Below the pieces are notes generated by a model. That model searched no databases. It saw nothing but the letters and a program-made list of their open reading frames with translations, and was not told the DNA's origin. Below are positions 7,994 through 15,456 of a stretch of DNA of 55,151 nt, piece by piece. Position numbers and translations under genes: made by a program. How positions within the stretch are numbered: position 1 is the stretch's first letter; every line of letters starts with the position of its first letter. This DNA is from a virus (lineage: Duplodnaviria > Heunggongvirae > Uroviricota > Caudoviricetes), in IMG/VR virus record IMGVR_UViG_3300047392_000113, positions 1-55,151 of that record; one strand, written 5' to 3'.

Positions 7994-8773
7994 ATGGCTC
8001 GTAAAGCAGCAGCAGTGGCTGTAAAGGCAGTAAAAGATAATGAACAAAGTGAGCCAACAAGATTAAAGGCAGTTAACAATCATTTAAAATTAAGAATTGA
8101 TGATCTACTAACGTTTGATCCGTTAACTGAAAACCAACGATTATTTTTTGATGCGTATAAAAGAGGAGACTATTTTGTAGCACTCCATGGAGTAGCTGGA
8201 ACGGGTAAGACATTCTGTGCATTGTACAAAGCTATTGAAGAAGTCTTAGATAAATCAAATCCATTTAACAAAATTATCGTTGTTCGTTCAGCGGTACAAG
8301 GTCGTGAGATCGGACATCTTCCAGGTGATGTGAATGAGAAGATGGAAATTTATGAGCAACCATATCGTCAAATTTGCGAAACTTTATTTAAGCGCAAAGA
8401 TGCATGGGATAGATTAGAAGAACAAGGTCATATCCAATTCATTTCCACATCTTTTATTCGTGGTATGAGTTTCGATGATGCTATCATCATCGTTGATGAA
8501 ATGCAAAACTTGACCTATGAAGAGATTGATACCGTTATGACTCGTGTCGGTTATCGATCTAAGATTATTTGGTGTGGCGATTATCGTCAGACAGACTTGA
8601 ATAAAAGAAAGAACGATGTAACAGGAATCTTAAAATTCTTCGACATCGCTCAACACATGGGTGCTTTTACTCGTATTGAGTTTACTGTTGACGATATCGT
8701 GAGATCTTCTCTCGTTAGAGATTATATTTTGGCTAAACTTAAATATGAGGATTTCTATGAGAAGAAACAATGA
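7994..8773 (+). CDS. phoH: PhoH-family ATPase
   Basis: GVAGTGKT Walker A, IGHLPG, FIRGMSF, IVDEMQN and GDYRQTD motifs. Confidence 0.92.
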   Translation: MARKAAAVAVKAVKDNEQSEPTRLKAVNNHLKLRIDDLLTFDPLTENQRLFFDAYKRGDYFVALHGVAGTGKTFCALYKAIEEVLDKSNPFNKIIVVRSAVQGREIGHLPGDVNEKMEIYEQPYRQICETLFKRKDAWDRLEEQGHIQFISTSFIRGMSFDDAIIIVDEMQNLTYEEIDTVMTRVGYRSKIIWCGDYRQTDLNKRKNDVTGILKFFDIAQHMGAFTRIEFTVDDIVRSSLVRDYILAKLKYEDFYEKKQ

Positions 8774-9390
8774 TAACAGCGGAGCAATTTCACAAGCTAT
8801 TTCCACGTAATCCTGAGCCAGCTGTATGGGCAGAGGCAATGGCAAATGTTTTTCCAACTTATGATATTAACACACCACAACGTATTGCTGCTTTCTTAGC
8901 GCAATGTGGTCACGAATCAGGGGGTTGGACTACATTTGAAGAAAACTTGAACTATTCAGCGCAAGGATTGAGAAAGATTTTTGGTAAGTATTTCCCTAAC
9001 GATGAGTTAGCTTTAGCTTACCAGCGTCAACCTGAGAAGATTGCGAATCGTATCTATGCTAACCGTATGGGTAATGGACCAGAGGAATCTGGTGATGGAT
9101 TCAAATATCGTGGACGTGGACCAATTCAGTTAACTGGTAAATCAAACTATACATTATTCGCCAAGGATATGTTCGATGACTGGGAAAATGTAGTTGAGAA
9201 TCCAGATTGGGTTACGTATGACAAAGACTTCGCATTGATGTCTGCTATTTGGTTCTGGAATAAAAACAAACTGAACCATGAAGCTGATATTGGCGATATT
9301 AAAACTATGACTCGCAAGATCAACGGTGGTTACATCGGTCTTGAAGATCGTATCAAACATTATAATGAGTGCATTCACGAATTGACTTAA
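8770..9390 (+). CDS. GH19 (chitinase-fold) endolysin
   Basis: FLAQCGHESGG, ENLNYSA and YRGRGPIQLTGK motifs; TRKINGG C-terminus. Confidence 0.9.
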   Translation: MITAEQFHKLFPRNPEPAVWAEAMANVFPTYDINTPQRIAAFLAQCGHESGGWTTFEENLNYSAQGLRKIFGKYFPNDELALAYQRQPEKIANRIYANRMGNGPEESGDGFKYRGRGPIQLTGKSNYTLFAKDMFDDWENVVENPDWVTYDKDFALMSAIWFWNKNKLNHEADIGDIKTMTRKINGGYIGLEDRIKHYNECIHELT

Positions 9391-10043
9391 TGAAAACTTT
9401 TATACATCATGATTTTCCCAAACTGGAACGTGACACAAGCCCCGATGGCACAAGAGTCTACAAGACGCCATCGGGTCGAGCTTATCCAAGCGTTACAACC
9501 ATTACAGGGCAAGCCACCGCAGAAGGAATTAGAAAGTGGCGATTACGAGTCGGAGAAGAAGAAGCGAACCGAGTCTCAGGTAGAGCATCAGCACGTGGAA
9601 CGAGAATCCACCAGTACTGCGAAGACTACCTACGAGGAAACGTATTCGAAGCAGACATGTTCGACCTCGAAATGTTTAACTCGATCAAGTTCTTACTCGA
9701 CGACATCGACAATATTCACTGTTTGGAAACTCCGCTCTATTCTGATCACTTACAAGTTGCAGGAACAGTCGATTGCATCGCAGAGTTTCAAGGTAAACTT
9801 ACTGTTATAGATTTTAAGACAGCAAGTAAACCAAAAGACCGTGATGATATTTACCACTACTTTATGCAGTGTGCAGCTTATGCTGTTTCATTTGAAGAAC
9901 GTACTGGCATTCCTATCGGTAGGCTTGCAATTTTGATGGCAGTCGAGAACGACGATCCTCGTTGGTTTATCGAAAAACGTGATAATTGGATCGGTGGTTT
10001 TAGAAAATTGAGACTTGACTACAAGAACAAGTTTGGGATATAA
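9390..10043 (+). CDS. PD-(D/E)XK exonuclease (Cas4/RecB-like fold)
   Basis: YPSVTT, RGTRIH, AGTVDC, IDFKT and QCAAY motifs; TAATG overlap places the start at 9390. Confidence 0.85.
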   Translation: MKTFIHHDFPKLERDTSPDGTRVYKTPSGRAYPSVTTITGQATAEGIRKWRLRVGEEEANRVSGRASARGTRIHQYCEDYLRGNVFEADMFDLEMFNSIKFLLDDIDNIHCLETPLYSDHLQVAGTVDCIAEFQGKLTVIDFKTASKPKDRDDIYHYFMQCAAYAVSFEERTGIPIGRLAILMAVENDDPRWFIEKRDNWIGGFRKLRLDYKNKFGI

Positions 10044-10044
10044 T
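10015..10044 (+). promoter_or_regulatory. sigma70-type promoter for tmRNA
   Basis: TTGACT, 18 nt, TATAAT within the 3' end of the exonuclease gene. Confidence 0.7.
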
Positions 10045-10050
10045 TAGGTT

Positions 10051-10372
10051 ATGGTTGTATGAAGCAACTAGAAAAGTGTTCTGGACGGGAGTTCGATTCT
10101 CCCCACCTCCACCAAAAGCGTTAGTTCGGTAGCAATAGTGTGAGTAACTACATTCTTGTGCGAGTCAAGAGCGTTTTTGATGGGGGTGACTAGGTTTCGA
10201 CAGGGCAACAAGTACAGAAGTGGACAACTAGGCAATGCGAAAGCCTTTAGGATTGGGGTAACTCGGTCGAAGAAGCAAACAAAGTAAATGCAAACGACTC
10301 TGTCTACGCATTAGCAGCCTAAACGCTGCTTAGGGTTTCGGTTGGTTTCCTCGTAACAGAATAACCAACCAC
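10051..10372 (+). ncRNA. ssrA: circularly permuted (two-piece) tmRNA, tag ANDSVYALAA
   Basis: T-arm GGGAG-TTCGATT-CTCCC (10087-10103) and CACCTCC-A-CCA (10104-10114) come first. The 5' acceptor strand GGGGGTG (10182-10188, G3:U70 wobble) follows a 67-nt spacer. Tag frame 10290-10322; terminal hairpin GGTTGGTT/AACCAACC. Outer ends are approximate. Confidence 0.93.
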
Positions 10373-10390
10373 TTTTAACAAGGAGAAGTT

Positions 10391-10570
10391 ATGAAGACAT
10401 CTAGTTTAATTTTAGCAGCACTTTTAGCAACTGCTGGTGCTGTAAATGCAGCAGAACCTGCTAAAGCACCAGCTAAAGCTGAGAAGAAGGTTGAAAAGAA
10501 AGAAGTAAAGCCAAAAGCTCCACCTTCTGCCACAAAACCTACTCCGAAGAAAAAAGCAGAAGCTAAATAA
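10391..10570 (+). CDS. 59-aa secreted Lys/Ala/Pro-rich protein (not in ORF track)
   Basis: AAGGAG RBS; signal peptide MKTSSLILAALLATAGAVNA followed by a low-complexity K/A/P/E tail. Confidence 0.75.
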   Translation: MKTSSLILAALLATAGAVNAAEPAKAPAKAEKKVEKKEVKPKAPPSATKPTPKKKAEAK

Positions 10571-10573
10571 TAC

Positions 10574-10625
10574 AGAGGGTTGGAAGACCCCTAAAACTTC
10601 CATTTTACACACATCACAAAAGGAG
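10574..10625 (+). promoter_or_regulatory. candidate H-type RNA pseudoknot with an alternative SD-sequestering hairpin
   Basis: Stems AGGG/CCCT (or GGGT/ACCC) and GGAAG/CTTCC; TTCC-A-TTTT can instead pair with AAAAGGAG. Confidence 0.55.
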
Positions 10626-10631
10626 AAACCT

Positions 10632-10910
10632 ATGGCAAACTTAACGCCATTTGAAATCCGTCTTGAACTTCTCAAGATGGCAAAAGAAATGTTGGAGCAA
10701 GACTACTATGGTCTGCGAGAAAAGGTGAGCAACGAGTACGCATCTAAATGCGACTTTGCTAAATTGAATGGGCAACCCATTCCAGAACACCCAGGATTCC
10801 CAGCATTCCCAAATGAATCTGAAGTTATTGCGAAAGCAATTCAATTGAACGGATTCGTTTCACAAATCCCACAAACTACAATAGAAAAGACTAGCAAAAA
10901 GTCCACCTAA
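10632..10910 (+). CDS. conserved T4-like phage hypothetical protein
   Basis: TPFEIRLELLKMAK...HPGFPAFP...LNGFVSQ motif; AGGAG RBS. Confidence 0.8.
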   Translation: MANLTPFEIRLELLKMAKEMLEQDYYGLREKVSNEYASKCDFAKLNGQPIPEHPGFPAFPNESEVIAKAIQLNGFVSQIPQTTIEKTSKKST

Positions 10911-10918
10911 TGGGATTA

Positions 10919-10941
10919 GGGTGCATTCGTGCACCCTTCTT
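10919..10941 (+). terminator. intrinsic terminator with UUCG tetraloop
   Basis: GGGTGCA-TTCG-TGCACCC followed by TTCTT. Confidence 0.65.
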
Positions 10942-10957
10942 AACTCAAGGAGATATT

Positions 10958-11464
10958 ATGCGAAGTATATACTTACCTCTCATAACAATAGGTATTTGTT
11001 TGTTAACACTGTTAACTATAACAGAACAAACTGATAAACTATTAGAAATTCGTTATACACATTTAACAAAAGATACTCAAAAACAGATTGACTGTTTAGC
11101 TGATAACATTTATTATGAAGCTGGATTTGAACCATATAATGGACAAGTTGCTGTTGCTTTGGTTACGCTTAACAGAACGCAAGACCCACGTTTCCCAAAA
11201 GATATTTGCTCTGTAGTGAAACAAAAGGTAAAATCAACTTGTCAGTTTACTTGGTTCTGCGAAAACTTCAAAACAAAATCTAAGGAAGTATACGATAGAG
11301 CGAGGGAAATCGCCATTCATGTATATGTAAACTACGAGAAGTTACCAGATATCACTAATGGTGCGTTATTCTACCATGCTGATTATGTTAACCCTCGATG
11401 GAAACTGGAACGAACTGCTGTTATTGGCAGACATATTTTTTATAAAGACAAGGATCGTATATGA
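10958..11464 (+). CDS. SleB-like cell wall hydrolase with N-terminal membrane anchor
   Basis: IYYEA, VAVALVTLNR, CQFTW, GALFYHA and IGRHIFY motifs; start moved to ATG 10958 after AAGGAG. Confidence 0.88.
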   Translation: MRSIYLPLITIGICLLTLLTITEQTDKLLEIRYTHLTKDTQKQIDCLADNIYYEAGFEPYNGQVAVALVTLNRTQDPRFPKDICSVVKQKVKSTCQFTWFCENFKTKSKEVYDRAREIAIHVYVNYEKLPDITNGALFYHADYVNPRWKLERTAVIGRHIFYKDKDRI

Positions 11465-12018
11465 TGAACAAACTAAACCTCCAATTGAAAGAGGAATCTT
11501 CACGACACTCATTCATGCTGTTAATGGAGGAAATTAGTTTACAGTCAGTTAAAACTGCTGTTGAATGGATTTTCGAAGCTAACTTTACTGAAGAACGTCC
11601 AGAGATGCTTAACTTAGTTATTACATCTCCAGGTGGTGATCTAAATGCAGCATTTGCATTGATTGATGTTATGCGTGGTTCTGCCATCCCAATTCGTACA
11701 ATCGGGCTTGGACAAATTGCTTCAGCTGGTTTAATGATCTTTATCGCTGGAGATAAAGGTATGCGTATCTTAACGCCAAATACTTCTATTCTTTCTCACC
11801 AGTACTCATGGGGTGCTATTGGTAAAGAACACGAACTCTTTGCTACGGTTAAAGAGTTTGATTTGACAACTAAAAAGATGATTCAACATTATAAGAAATC
11901 AACTGGTCTTTCAGAGGCGAAGATTAGAGAGATTCTACTCCCACCACAGGATGTGTGGTTAAGCCCTCAAGAAGCTAAAAAACTAGGATTATGTGATGAT
12001 GTCAAGGATCTTACTTAA
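11461..12018 (+). CDS. clpP: ClpP-like protease subunit
   Basis: ITSPGG, GQIASAG (catalytic Ser), SHQ (His) and QDVW (Asp). Confidence 0.88.
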   Translation: MMNKLNLQLKEESSRHSFMLLMEEISLQSVKTAVEWIFEANFTEERPEMLNLVITSPGGDLNAAFALIDVMRGSAIPIRTIGLGQIASAGLMIFIAGDKGMRILTPNTSILSHQYSWGAIGKEHELFATVKEFDLTTKKMIQHYKKSTGLSEAKIREILLPPQDVWLSPQEAKKLGLCDDVKDLT

Positions 12019-12034
12019 ACTCAAGGAATATACT

Positions 12035-12250
12035 ATGAAGACTGAGAATATTTTTATTATTTCTGCAACTTTGTCTCTTCTTGCTATTGTTGGTGCAATT
12101 ACATATCATAATAGCAATGAATTGAAATCTATTGAGAGAAACGTGGAAAGTGCAATTGTAAAGGGAATTGATCCAATTGCAGTTAGGTGCGCTTATGAAA
12201 GCAACTCGACGAATGTCTGTGTTGCTTACGCCTCTAGCCCCAAGCGTTAA
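12035..12250 (+). CDS. hypothetical membrane-anchored protein
   Basis: AAGGA RBS, hydrophobic N-terminus; start moved to 12035. Confidence 0.65.
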   Translation: MKTENIFIISATLSLLAIVGAITYHNSNELKSIERNVESAIVKGIDPIAVRCAYESNSTNVCVAYASSPKR

Positions 12251-12255
12251 TAAAG

Positions 12256-12282
12256 ACCCCACCTAGAGTGGGGTTTCTTTTT
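12256..12282 (+). terminator. intrinsic terminator
   Basis: ACCCCAC-CTAGA-GTGGGGT followed by a T-run. Confidence 0.8.
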
Positions 12283-12287
12283 AGGTG

Positions 12288-12316
12288 TTGACTTTTTTCT
12301 CGTTTTGTTGTATAAT
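12288..12316 (+). promoter_or_regulatory. sigma70-type promoter, near-leaderless mRNA
   Basis: TTGACT, 17 nt, TATAAT; ATG 8 nt downstream. Confidence 0.85.
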
Positions 12317-12324
12317 TAAGTTCT

Positions 12325-12672
12325 ATGCAGATCTTACACACCTCTAGTCGTTCAAAGAAAAAGCGCAAGCCCAATGCAAAGCAACGTGAGTTGCAATCTG
12401 AGTGGGAAGCTATGCTTAAGAAGTATGAACCCAAGAAACCGATAGCGAAGGCTAAGGATGAGGGTTGGTCATACTCACTTGGATCACCTGCTCGTCGTGA
12501 GACGCCTAAGATTCCAAGTCATCCATTTACAGCTGGTGCCTGTACTAAAGCACCCGATAAAGTGTATACAGGTAATGCAATTAAGGGTATTGGAACTATG
12601 CACAAGTCTAATGCCATTCCAATTTTTACTGATGAACAAGCAATAGAAATTGCAACTATGAGGAGAGGATAA
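12325..12672 (+). CDS. conserved T4-like hypothetical protein
   Basis: KVYTG...GIGTMHKSNAIPIF motif. Confidence 0.8.
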   Translation: MQILHTSSRSKKKRKPNAKQRELQSEWEAMLKKYEPKKPIAKAKDEGWSYSLGSPARRETPKIPSHPFTAGACTKAPDKVYTGNAIKGIGTMHKSNAIPIFTDEQAIEIATMRRG

Positions 12673-12857
12673 TGCCACCTAAAAGTTATTATAGTAGCAT
12701 AAGTTATACATACACACTACCCAAAGATTCTGGATTTATTGAATTATCACCAAAACAATTTACTAGTCTTTATGAACCTGGAGTTGATATTGTTGAGAAA
12801 CTGTTGGAATACTCAGATTATAAAGATGCAAAAGAATTGATTGCGAGGATTAAATGA
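12672..12857 (+). CDS. hypothetical protein
   Basis: TAATG coupling, GGAG RBS. Confidence 0.6.
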   Translation: MPPKSYYSSISYTYTLPKDSGFIELSPKQFTSLYEPGVDIVEKLLEYSDYKDAKELIARIK

Positions 12858-13042
12858 GCGAGTTTTGTGATAAGTGCGTTGAAAAAGAAGCACAGATGGA
12901 AATCATTATGAAGAAATTCTCTGATGAGATTGCTGTTCTTAAAAAGCGCATCGAGAAATTAGATTCAGAGAATGAAGCATTAGTAATGGATGTTGCTTTT
13001 TATGGTGGCGGTGTGATTAACTTGTCTTGTGACGATAAATGA
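12854..13042 (+). CDS. hypothetical coiled-coil protein
   Basis: Coupled ORF with heptad pattern. Confidence 0.6.
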   Translation: MSEFCDKCVEKEAQMEIIMKKFSDEIAVLKKRIEKLDSENEALVMDVAFYGGGVINLSCDDK

Positions 13043-13275
13043 TGTATAATACTAATATGACCCTAATTGAAAAACGTAACTCTCTTTTCGCTGAACGTAT
13101 GAAGATGGACAAATTCTTCACTATGTTTTTAGATAAATTTGATCGCAAGATGGATCCAGAAAAACCAAACACACCCATTTGGAAATTGTATCGCCAAAAG
13201 CATGATGAATATTGTAAATTAACTAAAGAAATTAACTATGTGAATTATTGGATTGCAAAGGAATCTAATGTTTAA
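13039..13275 (+). CDS. hypothetical protein
   Basis: Coupled ORF. Confidence 0.6.
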   Translation: MMYNTNMTLIEKRNSLFAERMKMDKFFTMFLDKFDRKMDPEKPNTPIWKLYRQKHDEYCKLTKEINYVNYWIAKESNV

Positions 13276-13486
13276 GACAGCGAACGAATTCTCACTTCAT
13301 ATTGAGAAGATTGTTAAAGAAAAACGATTAAATTATATGGACGCAGTATTACATTACTGCAAAGAAAATTATCTTGATCCAGCGGATGTTTCTTCTCTCA
13401 TCAATAAGTCATTAAAAGATAAACTTGAAATGGATTTTCGTGAAGCGAATTATCTACCCAAACAAGCAAAGTTAGAAGATGTTTAA
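13268..13486 (+). CDS. gp33: late-promoter transcription co-activator
   Basis: FSLHIEKIV...YMDAVLHYC...INKSLKDKLE...NYLPK, next to gp59 and gp32. Confidence 0.85.
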   Translation: MFKTANEFSLHIEKIVKEKRLNYMDAVLHYCKENYLDPADVSSLINKSLKDKLEMDFREANYLPKQAKLEDV

Positions 13487-13667
13487 ACATATCTGGTTAA
13501 TTTTCCCTGTAGCTGTTTATATTATTATGATGGGTTCTCTTTTTTATGTTGTTGCTAAACAGGAAAATAGAACTGTTCGAATAGACTGTACATGGGTAGA
13601 AATATCTCCAGATATTCCTCCAAAAGCAAAAGAAGAATGTAGGAAAAAATTAAGTGGACGGCTATAA
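13479..13667 (+). CDS. small membrane protein
   Basis: Single hydrophobic helix. Confidence 0.55.
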   Translation: MFKHIWLIFPVAVYIIMMGSLFYVVAKQENRTVRIDCTWVEISPDIPPKAKEECRKKLSGRL

Positions 13668-14256
13668 AGCATATCGTTATTATCTTGCAATTAAACTGCA
13701 CTTTACTACCGAAAAGTTCAATGTCTTTGAAAATCGTGGAAATGTAAAGGGTACACGTGATACTTTTAATGCAAGAAATGACAGATACATTTTCGAAAAG
13801 TTAGCAAACAAATATGAAACCGACAGAGAGATTATTCAATTCTTTGTTGCAAATTTTGCGTATGGTAGTGATACCGCAATTTATGAAGGCAAAGAAGCTA
13901 CCGATAATTTCTTACTTTGGAATAAACGCAAACAAAGTATAACGCAAATTTTCATTGATGACTTAGCTAATATACTCAACTACATAGAAACAAATAAAAC
14001 ATCTGTGTTTGAATTTGTTGATGATAAATACCCTGCCCTTATGCAACTTTATATGGGCAATAAAATAACAATAGAAACTCTTAAAATTATTGATGAAATT
14101 CATCCATTTTTAGAATCATGGGCTAAGAATACTTCAGTTAAGTATATGTGGTCTGCAGAACTTTTGCGAATTAAAAAGTTGACTGGATTTGTTAAATACG
14201 ATAGAATTAAAATTCAAAAGATCTTCAATCACTTCTTAGAAGAAATTACAATTTAA
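13654..14256 (+). CDS. gp59: helicase loader
   Basis: GTG start; YLAIKLHFTT..., RNDRYIFEKLA; directly upstream of gp32. Confidence 0.85.
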   Translation: MDGYKAYRYYLAIKLHFTTEKFNVFENRGNVKGTRDTFNARNDRYIFEKLANKYETDREIIQFFVANFAYGSDTAIYEGKEATDNFLLWNKRKQSITQIFIDDLANILNYIETNKTSVFEFVDDKYPALMQLYMGNKITIETLKIIDEIHPFLESWAKNTSVKYMWSAELLRIKKLTGFVKYDRIKIQKIFNHFLEEITI

Positions 14257-14261
14257 GTATC

Positions 14262-14504
14262 ATGGGCAAGACCTTTCTAAAGAATTCTCGTCGCTTTGAC
14301 GATGAAAATCCCTCTGGTCGTTCAGGGAAATCTACCAAGCATGCAAACAACCGCAAAACTGGTGGAATGAGAACGCTAAATAGTTATGTTGAAGAAGATT
14401 ATGATGACTACGACTTGAACGATGATTCGTTCGATGACCAGTTTGAAGTTGGTGATGAGATTTCAATACAACGTAACAATACTACGCAATACAAAGGAAA
14501 ATAA
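14262..14504 (+). CDS. hypothetical protein with basic N-half and acidic C-half
   Basis: 80-aa ORF between gp59 and gp32. Confidence 0.6.
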   Translation: MGKTFLKNSRRFDDENPSGRSGKSTKHANNRKTGGMRTLNSYVEEDYDDYDLNDDSFDDQFEVGDEISIQRNNTTQYKGK

Positions 14505-14505
14505 A

Positions 14506-15423
14506 ATGGATATTCAAACACTACGTAAAATGCGCAACTCTGATTTCGGTAGCATCGCTAACGCATTCGAGAAAATCGCAAACCCGCAAACTGAATCTAA
14601 GTCATACAATGACGACCGCTTCTGGCGTCTTGAAGGTGACAAGGCTGGTAACGGCACTGCAACGATTCGTTTCCTCCCACGTGTAGAAGGTGATGAACTC
14701 CCATGGGTTCGTATCTTTTCACACGGCTTCCAAGGTCCAACTGGTAAATGGTACATCGAAAATTCTCTAACCACTCTTGGTGAGAATGATCCTGTCGGTG
14801 AACTTAACACTCAGCTATGGAACTCTGGTTCTGATGCCAACAAAGAAATTGCACGTAAACAAAAGCGTAAGCTGAGTTTCACTGCCAACATTCTTGTTGT
14901 TTCTGATCCAAAACATCCAGAGAACGAAGGCAAGGTATTCTTGTTTAAGTTTGGTAAGAAAATCTTTGATAAGATTATGGATAAAGCACGTCCTACTTTC
15001 GAAGATGAAAAGCCAGTCAACGTGTTTGACTTCTGGGAAGGTGCTAACTTCAAACTGCGTATGCGTAAGAAGGATGGTTATGCGAACTATGACGAATCTG
15101 CGTTCATGGAACCAGCAGCTATTACTGAAGACGACGATCGTCTTTTGAGTATTGCTAATGCTCAGTATAAATTGTCTGAGTTCTTGGATCGTAAGAACTT
15201 CAAGTCTTATGACGAATTGAAGAAAAAGCTAAATGATGTTCTGTCTGGTGACAGCTATGTTGGTAAGTCTGCTGCTCAAATGGCAGAATCTGAAGTAGAT
15301 GAACCTATTTCAAAACCAGCACCATCAATTAAGTCTGCTGCTGCACCTGCTCCAAAAGCAGTGAGCAATGACGACGACGATGATGTGTTGTCTTACTTCC
15401 AGAAGATTGCTAAGGAAGACTAA
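14506..15423 (+). CDS. gp32: single-stranded DNA-binding protein
   Basis: DDRFW, GNGTATIRFLP, HGFQGPTGKWYIENSLTTLG, FKFGKKIFDKI, FKSYDELK; acidic tail; start moved to 14506. Confidence 0.95.
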   Translation: MDIQTLRKMRNSDFGSIANAFEKIANPQTESKSYNDDRFWRLEGDKAGNGTATIRFLPRVEGDELPWVRIFSHGFQGPTGKWYIENSLTTLGENDPVGELNTQLWNSGSDANKEIARKQKRKLSFTANILVVSDPKHPENEGKVFLFKFGKKIFDKIMDKARPTFEDEKPVNVFDFWEGANFKLRMRKKDGYANYDESAFMEPAAITEDDDRLLSIANAQYKLSEFLDRKNFKSYDELKKKLNDVLSGDSYVGKSAAQMAESEVDEPISKPAPSIKSAAAPAPKAVSNDDDDDVLSYFQKIAKED

Positions 15424-15428
15424 AAGTT

Positions 15429-15455
15429 AAAGGGGACTGAAAAGTCCCCTTTTTT
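15429..15455. terminator. bidirectional intrinsic terminator
   Basis: AAAGGGGACT-GAAA-AGTCCCCTTTTTT between convergent blocks. Confidence 0.85.
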
Positions 15456-15456
15456 A

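Noticed and set aside
9390-10043. Cas4 as evidence of a CRISPR-Cas locus
   Set aside because: No Fe-S cysteine set, other cas genes or array; it is a common T4-like PD-(D/E)XK exonuclease.
10081-10114. tRNA gene suggested by a TTCGA T-loop and CCA end
   Set aside because: No D-arm or anticodon arm upstream; the matching 5' acceptor strand lies downstream, so it is the acceptor piece of a permuted tmRNA.
10115-10181. Integration site or mobile element inside tmRNA
   Set aside because: No integrase or att-like duplication; the segment is short and self-pairing, as expected for the excised spacer of a permuted tmRNA.
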